Below are positions 1 to 10,212 of a DNA stretch of 64,000 nt, in pieces. The DNA lies in NCBI RefSeq assembly GCF_988243305.1, contig NZ_OZ547136.1; one strand, 5' to 3'. The notes beneath the pieces are model-generated. The model saw nothing but the letters and a program-made list of their open reading frames with translations. It did no database searches and had not been told where the DNA came from. How positions within the stretch are numbered: the first letter of the stretch is position 1; every line of letters begins with the position of its first letter. A program made the translations under genes and the position numbers.

Positions 1-1039
1 TTTTTTTTGAAACATGTCCCCGAAACGGGCTTAAGGGTCCGGAAGGGGATAAATCCTGCTCCAGAACATTATAGTGCTCAATAAATATTTTTTGCGCTTC
101 AGGCGAAAAATGCAGACAATACCGTTCATCCTCACTGGATTTTTCAATACTGCCTCTGGCCAGTTCCATTAATCGTTCATGAAATGCCGTTAATGATCCT
201 CCCGGAATCACAGCTCCGTTAATAAAGCGTTTCCCCTGCGTGGTTGCAGGTTTACTGATAAGACAACGGGCAAGAAAACCACTGTCCCTGGCAACAGAAC
301 CTTTTCGCTCCATATATCGGTCAAAAAGACCGGGTTGCACCATGAGGGATAACGTCATTCTGGCATTTTCAATCATCTGTTCGGGTTCATTCTTTCTGTC
401 CACAGACAATACAGAGCCATCCCACATTTTGTTAATAAAAGGCAACTCAGACAGGGTATATCCATCAAATATAATACCGGCTTCATCTGACATAATACCA
501 ACTGAACGCCATTTACCACAAAGCTGATTCTTAATTGCCGCAGTCGTGGCATCATTAAAAATGAATTTATACCTCACAGGTTCTTCCGCACTGTTTTTCT
601 GAAGTACTTCCAGTTGTCTGAGGGTTTCTGACTCATCCGCGCCTTTGCGGAGTTCTTTATTCAGTTTTGACAACAATGCTTTTTTCTGAGCCTTTAAAAG
701 CTCTTCCTTGTTTTTCCAGACAGCCAGTTCACTTTTGTATCTGGAATATAACTGCATCTCCTGCTGGTACAGGGGCTTCATTAATAATTTGTCCACTGCG
801 GTTTTTCGTTCTCCGGACTCGGCAAGCGTCAGGAAAAAAAGAGAGACCGGCCCCCGCAGTGTATTCAGTCTGCAGACATCAATCAGATTCTGGCAGACAA
901 GTGAAACAGCGCCCAGGGCAGACGCTGCCACAAGCCCAAGGGGAGCCTGCGTAATTTGCTGAGCTTCAATAACGGCATCACGAATGAGTGGAGGCAGCGA
1001 ACTCAGGGGAAACTCATCACAAGGCTGACCGAATGACAT
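1..1039 (-). CDS. hypothetical island-associated protein; C-terminus cut by window start
   Basis: Manual reverse-strand translation from ATG at 1039-1037 (MSFGQPCDEFPLSSLPPLIRD...) stays open to position 2 (about 346 codons); absent from ORF track because no stop lies inside the window; only short + strand ORFs overlap it. Confidence 0.45.
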   Translation of the reverse strand, partial: MSFGQPCDEFPLSSLPPLIRDAVIEAQQITQAPLGLVAASALGAVSLVCQNLIDVCRLNTLRGPVSLFFLTLAESGERKTAVDKLLMKPLYQQEMQLYSRYKSELAVWKNKEELLKAQKKALLSKLNKELRKGADESETLRQLEVLQKNSAEEPVRYKFIFNDATTAAIKNQLCGKWRSVGIMSDEAGIIFDGYTLSELPFINKMWDGSVLSVDRKNEPEQMIENARMTLSLMVQPGLFDRYMERKGSVARDSGFLARCLISKPATTQGKRFINGAVIPGGSLTAFHERLMELARGSIEKSSEDERYCLHFSPEAQKIFIEHYNVLEQDLSPSGPLSPFRGHVSKK

Positions 1040-2269
1040 AGTAACCTCACTATACACAGATATAAAAGCACTGCAATTCTGGCTATTAATAGCAAAAATA
1101 GCAGTCAAATCAATATGAGGTAAAATTTTTTGTTGATTTAATGGTTAAATAATAACCACAGTGTATTTTGCTGCTGAAGAAAGACAAAATGAATCTGTGT
1201 GTCCCCTCCTTCCCTTCGGAGCACATCCACTATTCAAATTTTACACAACCACGTACGAACAAAAAGCATCATCCCGGGTATTGCAGATACCGGTTTCCTG
1301 CCGGGAAGAATCATAAACAGAACACCGGGAATAACGCCTTCAGGAATCACCCCCCCTCCTGAAGAAGAATAAAATAAAGAAGACTACAGTTCCTGCACTG
1401 AATGCTGAGTACAATATTTTATGGACAGGATGACATTTTTATAAATAACAAAAACCATTTAATACTGATACATCAATAAAATACTTCTTCCCTGCTGACA
1501 CAGATAAAATGCACCATTTTTTCTTCAAATACTTCTGTATAATCGCCAGCCAATGATGAGAATGGATTAAAATAACACTTCTTCGACAAACACAAAAACA
1601 GCCTTCATTTTACATCATCATCCAGTTTCAGTTAACCCCGGACGAGCGACAGTGTTTCAGTACAGGAATTAAAAGCCAGCTTTTGCTCAGTAAAACACAC
1701 TCAACTAATAATATCTCAGCAGATATTATCCTGACCAGGACACCTCACATTACTGAATTCTCTTCCGACAGTATCACTGCACAAATAAAAAAGAACGGGA
1801 TAAATATTCAGACCGGAAGAATGGTGTCACAAAAGCATTTAATCATTACGCATGACCAGGAAGGGAAACACTTAACCACATGGTATCAACAGATATCATT
1901 ACGTGTGCACTCTTATAAAAAACACACAGAAGAAGTAAGATAATTATAAACGTAAATTTAATATCTCCCACTGACATCTCCCCCACAATACACTAAAAAA
2001 TACTCACAGCAGTAAACACAGACACACCTGATAATCATACAGCCGATAAATATTTTCCCCTTTACGGAGAAATCAGCCTGCTGTTTAACAATAACGGCGT
2101 ATTTTCATGGAAGGAGATCACCCAGTAACGGATAAGTCCTGATCTCCTTCATGTTAATACGCAACAATCCCATCGATTCAAAACAATTTCAGACAGATAT
2201 TATCTCCGTGAATCCCCCGCCACCTTTCCGGTGCGCGGGGTTTTGTCTTTTTTCACCGGGAATACATGT

Positions 2270-3142
2270 ATGAATCCGTCTGATGCCATTGAGGCAATTG
2301 AAAAACCGCTCTCCTCCCTGCCTTACTCACTTTCCCGTCACATCCTGGAACATCTGCGCAAACTCACCAGTCACGAACCCGTGATTGGCATTATGGGTAA
2401 AAGCGGGGCCGGTAAATCCTCACTCTGTAATGCACTGTTTCAGGGGGAGGTCACCCCGGTCAGTGATGTTCACGCCGGCACCCGGGAAGTGCGGCGCTTC
2501 CGTCTGAGTGGCCACGGTCACAGCATGGTTATCACTGACCTGCCCGGGGTGGGCGAGAGCCGGGACAGGGATGCAGAGTATGAAGCCCTGTACCGTGACA
2601 TTCTGCCCGAACTGGACCTGGTGCTGTGGCTGATTAAAGCCGATGACCGCGCCCTGTCTGTGGATGAGTATTTCTGGCGACACATCCTGCACCGGGGACA
2701 TCAGCAGGTGCTGTTTGTGGTGACGCAGGCCGACAAAACGGAGCCCTGCCATGAATGGGATATGGCCGGCATTCAGCCTTCTCCCGCACAGGCACAGAAC
2801 ATTCGGGAGAAAACGGAGGCGGTATTCCGTCTGTTCCGGCCCGTACATCCGGTTGTTGCCGTATCGGCCCGCACCGGCTGGGAACTGGATACGCTGGTCA
2901 GTGCGCTAATGACAGCACTTCCCGACCATGCCGCCAGTCCCCTGATGACCCGCCTGCAGGACGAGCTGCGCACGGAATCTGTCCGCGCTCAGGCCCGTGA
3001 ACAGTTTACCGGTGCGGTGGACCGGATATTTGACACGGCGGAGAGCGTCTGTGTTGCCTCTGTTGCCCGTACGGTTCTGCGTGCCGTCCGTGACACGGTG
3101 GTCTCTGTTGCCCGCGCTGTATGGAACTGGATTTTCTTCTGA
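2270..3142 (+). CDS. yeeP: YeeP/YfjP/YkfA-family GTPase (50S ribosome-binding GTPase-like)
   Basis: ORF 2231..3142; P-loop GIMGKSGAGKSSLCN and G3-like DLPGVGE motifs; ORF-track start is GTG at 2231, first in-frame ATG (MNPSD...) is at 2270; start choice uncertain. Confidence 0.7.
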   Translation: MNPSDAIEAIEKPLSSLPYSLSRHILEHLRKLTSHEPVIGIMGKSGAGKSSLCNALFQGEVTPVSDVHAGTREVRRFRLSGHGHSMVITDLPGVGESRDRDAEYEALYRDILPELDLVLWLIKADDRALSVDEYFWRHILHRGHQQVLFVVTQADKTEPCHEWDMAGIQPSPAQAQNIREKTEAVFRLFRPVHPVVAVSARTGWELDTLVSALMTALPDHAASPLMTRLQDELRTESVRAQAREQFTGAVDRIFDTAESVCVASVARTVLRAVRDTVVSVARAVWNWIFF

Positions 3143-3226
3143 ACAGTCTGCCAGGGAAATGCCTGATAACATTACGTTAACCAACTGAAAACATGACACA
3201 AACCCCTCATACTCCTCCTGTTTCTC

Positions 3227-3255
3227 TTGCGTGACCGCCTTGTCGTTAATAGAAT
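3227..3255 (+). promoter_or_regulatory. candidate sigma70 promoter of flu/agn43 (TTGCGT-17 bp-TAGAAT)
   Basis: -35-like ttgcgt 3227-3232, 17-bp spacer, -10-like tagaat 3250-3255, immediately upstream of the GATC cluster. Confidence 0.5.
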
Positions 3256-3260
3256 AAAAC

Positions 3261-3296
3261 GATCGATAAAACAGGTATTGATCGTTGCTATCGATC
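3261..3296. promoter_or_regulatory. three clustered GATC (Dam) sites; agn43 Dam/OxyR phase-variation region
   Basis: GATC at 3261-3264, 3280-3283 and 3293-3296 within 36 bp, about 220 bp upstream of the flu ATG; matches the known three-GATC OxyR operator architecture of agn43. Confidence 0.7.
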
Positions 3297-3513
3297 GTTT
3301 ATAGTGGTTAATGGTCTGCGAAAAGGCAGCTGAATCTCTTCATCATGCAGAACGGAATTGCACACAACGGACTGATACTTCTCTGGCGGATGAGAGAGGG
3401 GAAGCATTTATGTCCGGGAAAAACCACTTTATCTGAGCATGCTGTTTTGTACCTGCCGGTATCCACATTTGTGGGTACCGGCTTTTTTATTCACCCTCTG
3501 TAAGGAAAAGCTG

Positions 3514-6500
3514 ATGAAACGACATCTGAACACCAGCTACAGGCTGGTATGGAATCACATTACGGGCACCCTGGTGGTGGCCTCCGAACTGGCCCGCTCA
3601 CGGGGAAAACGCGCTGGTGTGGCGGTTGCGCTGTCTCTTGCTGCTGTCACATCAGTCCCGGCACTGGCTGCTGACAAGGTTGTACAGGCGGGAGAAACCG
3701 TGAACGACGGAACACTGACAAATCATGACAACCAGATTGTCCTCGGTACGGCCAACGGAATGACCATCAGTACCGGTCTGGAGTATGGGCCGGATAACGA
3801 GGCCAATACCGGCGGACAATGGATACAAAATGGCGGTATCGCCAACAACACTACTGTCACCGGTGGTGGTCTTCAGAGAGTGAATGCCGGAGGAAGCGTT
3901 TCAGACACGGTTATCAGTGCCGGAGGCGGACAGAGCCTTCAGGGGCAGGCAGTGAACACCACTCTGAACGGCGGTGAGCAGTGGGTACATGAAGGCGGGA
4001 TTGCAACGGGTACCGTCATTAATGAGAAGGGCTGGCAGGCCATCAAATCCGGCGCAGTGGCAACCGACACGGTTGTGAATACCGGCGCGGAAGGGGGACC
4101 GGATGCGGAAAATGGTGATACCGGGCAGACCGTCTACGGAGATGCCGTACGCACCACCATCAATAAAAATGGTCGTCAGATTGTGGCTGCTGAAGGAACG
4201 GCAAATACCACTGTGGTTTATGCCGGCGGCGACCAGACTGTACATGGTCACGCACTGGATACCACGCTGAATGGGGGGTACCAGTATGTGCACAACGGCG
4301 GTACGGCGTCTGGCACTGTTGTAAACAGTGACGGCTGGCAGATTGTCAAAAATGGGGGTGTGGCCGGGAATACCACCGTTAATCAGAAGGGCAGACTGCA
4401 GGTGGACGCCGGTGGTACAGCCACGAATGTCACCCTGAAGCAGGGCGGCGCACTGGTTACCAGTACGGCTGCAACCGTTACCGGCATAAACCGCCTGGGA
4501 GCATTCTCTGTTGTGGAGGGTAAAGCTGATAATGTCGTACTGGAAAATGGCGGACGCCTGGATGTGCTGACCGGACACACAGCCACTAATACCCGCGTGG
4601 ATGATGGCGGAACGCTGGATGTCCGCAACGGTGGCACCGCCACCACCGTATCCATGGGAAATGGCGGTGTACTGCTGGCCGATTCCGGTGCCGCTGTCAG
4701 TGGTACCCGGAGCGACGGAAAGGCATTCAGTATCGGAGGTGGTCAGGCGGATGCCCTGATGCTGGAAAAAGGCAGTTCATTCACGCTGAACGCCGGTGAT
4801 ACGGCCACGGATACCACGGTAAATGGCGGACTGTTCACCGCCAGGGGCGGCACACTGGCGGGCACCACCACGCTGAATAACGGCGCCATACTTACCCTTT
4901 CCGGGAAGACGGTGAACAACGATACCCTGACCATCCGTGAAGGCGATGCACTCCTGCAGGGAGGCTCTCTCACCGGTAACGGCAGCGTGGAAAAATCAGG
5001 AAGTGGCACACTCACTGTCAGCAACACCACACTCACCCAGAAAGCCGTCAACCTGAATGAAGGCACGCTGACGCTGAACGACAGTACCGTCACCACGGAT
5101 GTCATTGCTCAGCGCGGTACAGCCCTGAAGCTGACCGGCAGCACTGTGCTGAACGGTGCCATTGACCCCACGAATGTCACTCTCGCCTCTGGTGCCACCT
5201 GGAATATTCCCGATAACGCCACGGTGCAGTCGGTGGTGGATGACCTCAGCCATGCCGGACAGATTCATTTCACCTCCACCCGCACAGGGAAGTTCGTACC
5301 GGCAACCCTGAAAGTGAAAAACCTGAACGGACAGAATGGCACCATCAGCCTGCGTGTACGCCCGGATATGGCACAGAACAATGCTGACAGACTGGTCATT
5401 GACGGTGGCAGGGCAACCGGAAAAACCATCCTGAACCTGGTGAACGCCGGCAACAGTGCGTCGGGGCTGGCGACCAGCGGTAAGGGTATTCAGGTGGTGG
5501 AAGCCATTAACGGTGCCACCACGGAGGAAGGGGCCTTTATCCAGGGGAATAAGCTGCAGGCCGGTGCCTTTAACTACTCCCTCAACCGGGACAGTGATGA
5601 GAGCTGGTATCTGCGCAGTGAAAATGCTTATCGTGCAGAAGTCCCCCTGTATGCCTCCATGCTGACACAGGCAATGGACTATGACCGGATTCTGGCAGGC
5701 TCCCGCAGCCATCAGACCGGTGTAAGCGGTGAAAATAACAGCGTCCGTCTCAGCATTCAGGGCGGTCATCTCGGTCACGATAACAACGGCGGTATTGCCC
5801 GTGGAGCCACGCCGGAAAGCAGCGGCAGCTATGGCTTCGTCCGTCTGGAGGGTGACCTGCTCAGAACAGAGGTTGCCGGTATGTCTGTGACCGCGGGGGT
5901 ATATGGTGCTGCTGGCCATTCTTCCGTTGATGTTAAGGATGATGACGGCTCCCGTGCCGGCACGGTCCGGGATGATGCCGGCAGCCTGGGCGGATACCTG
6001 AATCTGATACACAACGCCTCCGGCCTGTGGGCTGACATTGTGGCCCAGGGAACCCGCCACAGCATGAAAGCCTCATCGGACAATAACGACTTCCGCGTCC
6101 GGGGCTGGGGCTGGCTGGGTTCGCTGGAAACCGGTCTGCCCTTCAGTATCACTGACAATCTGATGCTGGAGCCGCAACTGCAGTACACCTGGCAGGGACT
6201 CTCCCTGGATGACGGCCAGGATAACGCCAGTTATGTGAAGTTCGGGCATGGCAGTGCACAACATGTGCGTGCCGGCTTCCGTCTGGGCAGCCACCACGAT
6301 ATGAACTTTGGTAAAGGCACCTCATCCCGTGACACCCTGCGCGGCAGTGCCAAACACAGTGTGCGTGAACTGCCGGTGAACTGGTGGGTACAGCCTTCTG
6401 TTATCCGCACCTTCAGCTCCCGGGGGGGCATGAGCATGGGTACAGCCGCAGCCGGCAGTAACATGACGTTCTCACCGTCACAGAATGGTACGTCACTGGA

Positions 6501-6633
6501 CCTGCAGGCCGGACTGGAAGCCCGTGTCCGGGAAAATATCACCCTGGGCGTTCAGGCAGGTTATGTCCACAGCGTCAGCGGCAGCAGCGCTGAAGGCTAT
6601 AACGGTCAGGCCACGCTGAATGTGACCTTCTGA
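3514..6633 (+). CDS. flu: antigen 43 self-associating autotransporter
   Basis: ORF 3439..6633; canonical Ag43 N-terminus MKRHLNTSYRLVWNHITGTLVVASELARS begins at ATG 3514 after aaggaaaag; long beta-helical passenger with repetitive G/T/N-rich repeats and C-terminal beta-barrel ending in TLNVTF. Confidence 0.9.
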   Translation: MKRHLNTSYRLVWNHITGTLVVASELARSRGKRAGVAVALSLAAVTSVPALAADKVVQAGETVNDGTLTNHDNQIVLGTANGMTISTGLEYGPDNEANTGGQWIQNGGIANNTTVTGGGLQRVNAGGSVSDTVISAGGGQSLQGQAVNTTLNGGEQWVHEGGIATGTVINEKGWQAIKSGAVATDTVVNTGAEGGPDAENGDTGQTVYGDAVRTTINKNGRQIVAAEGTANTTVVYAGGDQTVHGHALDTTLNGGYQYVHNGGTASGTVVNSDGWQIVKNGGVAGNTTVNQKGRLQVDAGGTATNVTLKQGGALVTSTAATVTGINRLGAFSVVEGKADNVVLENGGRLDVLTGHTATNTRVDDGGTLDVRNGGTATTVSMGNGGVLLADSGAAVSGTRSDGKAFSIGGGQADALMLEKGSSFTLNAGDTATDTTVNGGLFTARGGTLAGTTTLNNGAILTLSGKTVNNDTLTIREGDALLQGGSLTGNGSVEKSGSGTLTVSNTTLTQKAVNLNEGTLTLNDSTVTTDVIAQRGTALKLTGSTVLNGAIDPTNVTLASGATWNIPDNATVQSVVDDLSHAGQIHFTSTRTGKFVPATLKVKNLNGQNGTISLRVRPDMAQNNADRLVIDGGRATGKTILNLVNAGNSASGLATSGKGIQVVEAINGATTEEGAFIQGNKLQAGAFNYSLNRDSDESWYLRSENAYRAEVPLYASMLTQAMDYDRILAGSRSHQTGVSGENNSVRLSIQGGHLGHDNNGGIARGATPESSGSYGFVRLEGDLLRTEVAGMSVTAGVYGAAGHSSVDVKDDDGSRAGTVRDDAGSLGGYLNLIHNASGLWADIVAQGTRHSMKASSDNNDFRVRGWGWLGSLETGLPFSITDNLMLEPQLQYTWQGLSLDDGQDNASYVKFGHGSAQHVRAGFRLGSHHDMNFGKGTSSRDTLRGSAKHSVRELPVNWWVQPSVIRTFSSRGGMSMGTAAAGSNMTFSPSQNGTSLDLQAGLEARVRENITLGVQAGYVHSVSGSSAEGYNGQATLNVTF

Positions 6634-6753
6634 CAGAACCATCGCCTCTCTGTGGTCCCGGTCATCATGATCGGGACCCGGACCGGCGCAACGGATATTC
6701 AACGCCACATTCGCTGGCATTAACAATAACATGATATTCATCACGGAGTGACT

Positions 6754-9270
6754 ATGTTACAGATAGTCGGCGCGCTGATCCTGCTGATCGCAGGATTTGC
6801 CATTCTTCGCCTTTTGTTCAGAGCATTAATCAGCACGGCTTCTGCGCTGGCAGGGCTCATATTGCTGTGTCTGTTCGGCCCGGCCTTACTGGCTGGCTAT
6901 ATCACCGAACGCATAACCCGGTTGTTCCATATTCGCTGGCTGGCAGGCGTATTTCTGACGATTGCCGGAATGATCATCAGCTTCATGTGGGGACTTGATG
7001 GTAAACATATCGCGCTGGAGGCTCACACCTTTGACTCTGTGAAATTTATTCTGACCACCGCTCTCGCCGGTGGTCTGCTGGCTGTTCCCCTGCAGATCAA
7101 AAACATTCAGCAGAACGGGATCACACCAGAAGATATCAGCAAGGAAATTAACGGGTATTACTGCTGTTTTTATACTGCCTTTTTCCTTATGGCGTGTTCT
7201 GCATGCGCACCATTGATCGCGTTACAGTACGATATTTCACCGTCACTGATGTGGTGGGGCGGGTTGTTGTACTGGCTGGCTGCATTAGTGACGCTGCTAT
7301 GGGCGGCCAGCCAAATCCAGGCGCTGAAAAAACTGACCTGTGCCATCAGCCAGACACTGGAAGAACAACCGGTGCTCAACAGTAAATCGTGGCTGACCAG
7401 TTTGCAAAACGATTACAGCCTTCCTGACTCACTGACGGAGCGCATCTGGCTGACGCTCATTTCTCAACGGATTTCCCGGGGAGAGCTGAGGGAATTTGAA
7501 CTGGCAGACGGAAACTGGTTACTGAACAATGCCTGGTATGAAAGAAACATGGCAGGGTTTAACGAACAGTTGAAAGAGAACCTGTCATTCACACCTGATG
7601 AACTGAAAACGCTCTTCCGGAACCGCCTGAATTTATCACCGGAAGCGAATGACGATTTTCTCGATCGTTGCCTGGACGGCGGTGACTGGTATCCCTTTTC
7701 AGAAGGTCGCCGTTTTGTATCATTCCATCACGTGGATGAGCTTCGTATCTGTGCCTCCTGCGGGCTGACAGAAGTACATCATGCCCCGGAAAATCATAAG
7801 CCGGATCCGGAATGGTACTGCTCCTCTCTTTGTCGCGAAACAGAAACACTGTGTCAGGAAATTTATGAACGCCCTTACAACAGCTTTATTTCCGATGCAA
7901 CGGCGAATGGTCTGATTCTCATGAAACTGCCGGAAACCTGGAGTACAAATGAGAAAATGTTTGCTTCCGGAGGGCAGGGACATGGGTTTGCCGCTGAACG
8001 GGGAAACCATATTGTCGACAGAGTCCGTCTGAAAAACGCACGGATCCTCGGTGATAATAATGCCAGAAATGGAGCAGACAGACTGGTCAGCGGAACAGAA
8101 ATCCAGACGAAATATTGTTCAACTGCAGCCCGTAGCGTCGGTGCGGCATTCGACGGACAAAACGGACAGTATCGTTACATGGGAAATAATGGCCCCATGC
8201 AACTGGAAGTCCCCCGTGATCAGTATGCCGGCGCTGTTGAAACCATGAGGAATAAGATCCGCGAAGGTAAAGTACCCGGTGTAACCGATCCCGCAGAAGC
8301 ATCCCGGCTGATTCGTCGGGGACATCTGACTTATACTCAGGCCCGTAATATCACCCGGTTCGGGACCATCGAATCGGTCACTTATGATATTGCCGAGGGT
8401 TCGGTTGTCAGTCTGGCGGCCGGAGGGATCAGTTTTGCCCTGACGGCATCGGTCTTCTGGCTCAGCACCGGCGATCGCGATGCTGCCCTGCAGACAGCTG
8501 CTGTCCAGGCAGGAAAAACCTTCACCCGCACACTGGCTGTCTACGTCACAACCCAGCAACTCCACCGGCTCAGTGTTGTTCAGGGTATGCTGAAGCACAT
8601 TGATTTTTCGACTGCCAGCCCGACTGTTCGACTGGCTCTTCAGAAGGGGACCGGTGCAGGAAATATCAGTGCCCTGAACAAAGTGATGAAGGGTACGCTG
8701 GTGACATCTCTGGCACTGGTAGCTGTCACAACCGGCCCTGACATGATCAAAATGTTGCGGGGACGGATCTCCGGTACGCAGTTCATCAGGAATCTTGCCG
8801 TGGCATCTTCCGGTGTGGCAGGTGGTGCTGTCGGGTCAGTGGCGGGCGGAATACTGTTCAGTCCACTGGGACCATTTGGTGCACTGACAGGGCGTGTGGT
8901 TGGCGGTGTTCTGGGGGGAATGATTGCCTCCGCTGTATCAGGAAAAATTGCCGGAGCGCTGGTTGAAGAAGATCGCGTCAAAATTCTGGCAATGATTCAG
9001 GAGCAGGTGACATGGCTTGCCGGCAGTTTCCTGCTGACCGGACATGAGATTGAAAATCTGAACGAGAATCTGGCCCGTGTTATCGATCAGAATGCTCTGG
9101 AGATCATTTTCGCCGCCGGTATACAACAACGGGCCGCGACCAATATGTTAATCAAACCACTGGTGGTCAGTATCATCAGGCAACGCCCCGTCATGGAATA
9201 TGATGCATCCCATCTCGGCAATATGGTTAACCGACTGGAAGAAGCATTACCCCCGGAGTTACCGGCATAA
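6754..9270 (+). CDS. yeeR: YeeR-like inner membrane protein (enlarged, about 838 aa)
   Basis: ORF 6748..9270; several hydrophobic N-terminal helices and a glycine-rich hydrophobic C-terminal block; sits directly after flu as yeeR does in CP4-44; ATG at 6754 preferred over GTG 6748 (ggag 5 nt upstream). Confidence 0.55.
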   Translation: MLQIVGALILLIAGFAILRLLFRALISTASALAGLILLCLFGPALLAGYITERITRLFHIRWLAGVFLTIAGMIISFMWGLDGKHIALEAHTFDSVKFILTTALAGGLLAVPLQIKNIQQNGITPEDISKEINGYYCCFYTAFFLMACSACAPLIALQYDISPSLMWWGGLLYWLAALVTLLWAASQIQALKKLTCAISQTLEEQPVLNSKSWLTSLQNDYSLPDSLTERIWLTLISQRISRGELREFELADGNWLLNNAWYERNMAGFNEQLKENLSFTPDELKTLFRNRLNLSPEANDDFLDRCLDGGDWYPFSEGRRFVSFHHVDELRICASCGLTEVHHAPENHKPDPEWYCSSLCRETETLCQEIYERPYNSFISDATANGLILMKLPETWSTNEKMFASGGQGHGFAAERGNHIVDRVRLKNARILGDNNARNGADRLVSGTEIQTKYCSTAARSVGAAFDGQNGQYRYMGNNGPMQLEVPRDQYAGAVETMRNKIREGKVPGVTDPAEASRLIRRGHLTYTQARNITRFGTIESVTYDIAEGSVVSLAAGGISFALTASVFWLSTGDRDAALQTAAVQAGKTFTRTLAVYVTTQQLHRLSVVQGMLKHIDFSTASPTVRLALQKGTGAGNISALNKVMKGTLVTSLALVAVTTGPDMIKMLRGRISGTQFIRNLAVASSGVAGGAVGSVAGGILFSPLGPFGALTGRVVGGVLGGMIASAVSGKIAGALVEEDRVKILAMIQEQVTWLAGSFLLTGHEIENLNENLARVIDQNALEIIFAAGIQQRAATNMLIKPLVVSIIRQRPVMEYDASHLGNMVNRLEEALPPELPA

Positions 9271-9345
9271 CGGCTATTCTGCGCCTTTTACGCTTTATCA
9301 CCTGATTTGTCAGTGTCATCGTCATGACTCAGAGAGGTAAATACC

Positions 9346-9801
9346 ATGATTCACCTGTTCAAAACCTGCATGATTACCGCCTTCATTCTGGGGTTAACGT
9401 GGTCTGCCCCACTCCGGGCACAGGATCAACGTTACATCAGTATACGCAATACAGATACGATATGGCTCCCGGGAAATATTTGTGCTTACCAGTTCCGGCT
9501 GGATAATGGCGGAAACGATGAAGGATTTGGCCCCCTCACCATCACTCTGCAACTCAAAGACAAATATGGTCAGACGCTGGTGACCAGAAAAATGGAAACG
9601 GAAGCTTTTGGTGACAGTAATGCCACGCGAACCACAGACGCATTTCTGGAAACGGAGTGCGTGGAAAATGTCGCCACAACCGAAATCATCAAAGCAACTG
9701 AAGAAAGTAACGGCCATCGTGTCAGTCTGCCGTTATCGGTTTTCAATCCCCAGGACTACCATCCACTGCTGATTACCGTTTCCGGAAAAAACGTTAACTG
9801 A
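9346..9801 (+). CDS. hypothetical secreted protein (signal peptide)
   Basis: ORF with N-terminal signal-like sequence MIHLFKTCMITAFILGLTWSAPLRA; gagagg RBS 8 nt upstream. Confidence 0.5.
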   Translation: MIHLFKTCMITAFILGLTWSAPLRAQDQRYISIRNTDTIWLPGNICAYQFRLDNGGNDEGFGPLTITLQLKDKYGQTLVTRKMETEAFGDSNATRTTDAFLETECVENVATTEIIKATEESNGHRVSLPLSVFNPQDYHPLLITVSGKNVN

Positions 9802-9879
9802 TCCCTGAAGTCAGTTTCATGCTTCAGCCTCTGTCACAACGCGTGGCAGAGGCTTTTTATTTATCAGGAGAAAACAGAT

Positions 9880-10113
9880 ATGCCGGGTTACACAGAGTAT
9901 GTCCTGGCTGAAGGATCTTTCTCATACGGGCAGGCGGTTGCTGTCATAACCGCTTACCGCAATGTGTTTATCCAGGATGACCCGGGAATGCATTTCCGTC
10001 GGGTTATCCGCAACGCGGAAGGTCAGCGACGCTGGCGCTGCCGGAATTCTGAACCCGATGCCGGAAAGGTGCTTAATACGCGGCTCGCCAGTGACGGTCT
10101 TCTCAGACAATAA
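9880..10113 (+). CDS. small island protein (DUF905/YkfF-like by position)
   Basis: 77-aa ORF with aggag RBS; occupies the slot of the small DUF905 gene preceding DUF932 in CP4-type modules; family assignment from memory only. Confidence 0.4.
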   Translation: MPGYTEYVLAEGSFSYGQAVAVITAYRNVFIQDDPGMHFRRVIRNAEGQRRWRCRNSEPDAGKVLNTRLASDGLLRQ

Positions 10114-10212
10114 ACGTCATTCATTTCACCCATCAGGCCGCGTCTTCTCCGGGAGACGTGGCTTTTTCATTTATTACACCAGTAAATCTTAACCACCGAT
10201 AAGGAGCAAATT

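Noticed and set aside
240-962. Plus-strand ORFs (240..527, 667..954, 708..962) at the window start
   Set aside because: Fully overlapped by the long minus-strand frame 1..1039; short and without RBS
3901-6744. Many minus-strand ORFs inside flu (for example 3901..4578, 4996..6060)
   Set aside because: Antisense to the Ag43 gene; the repetitive G/T-rich codon usage of the passenger domain opens long spurious reverse frames
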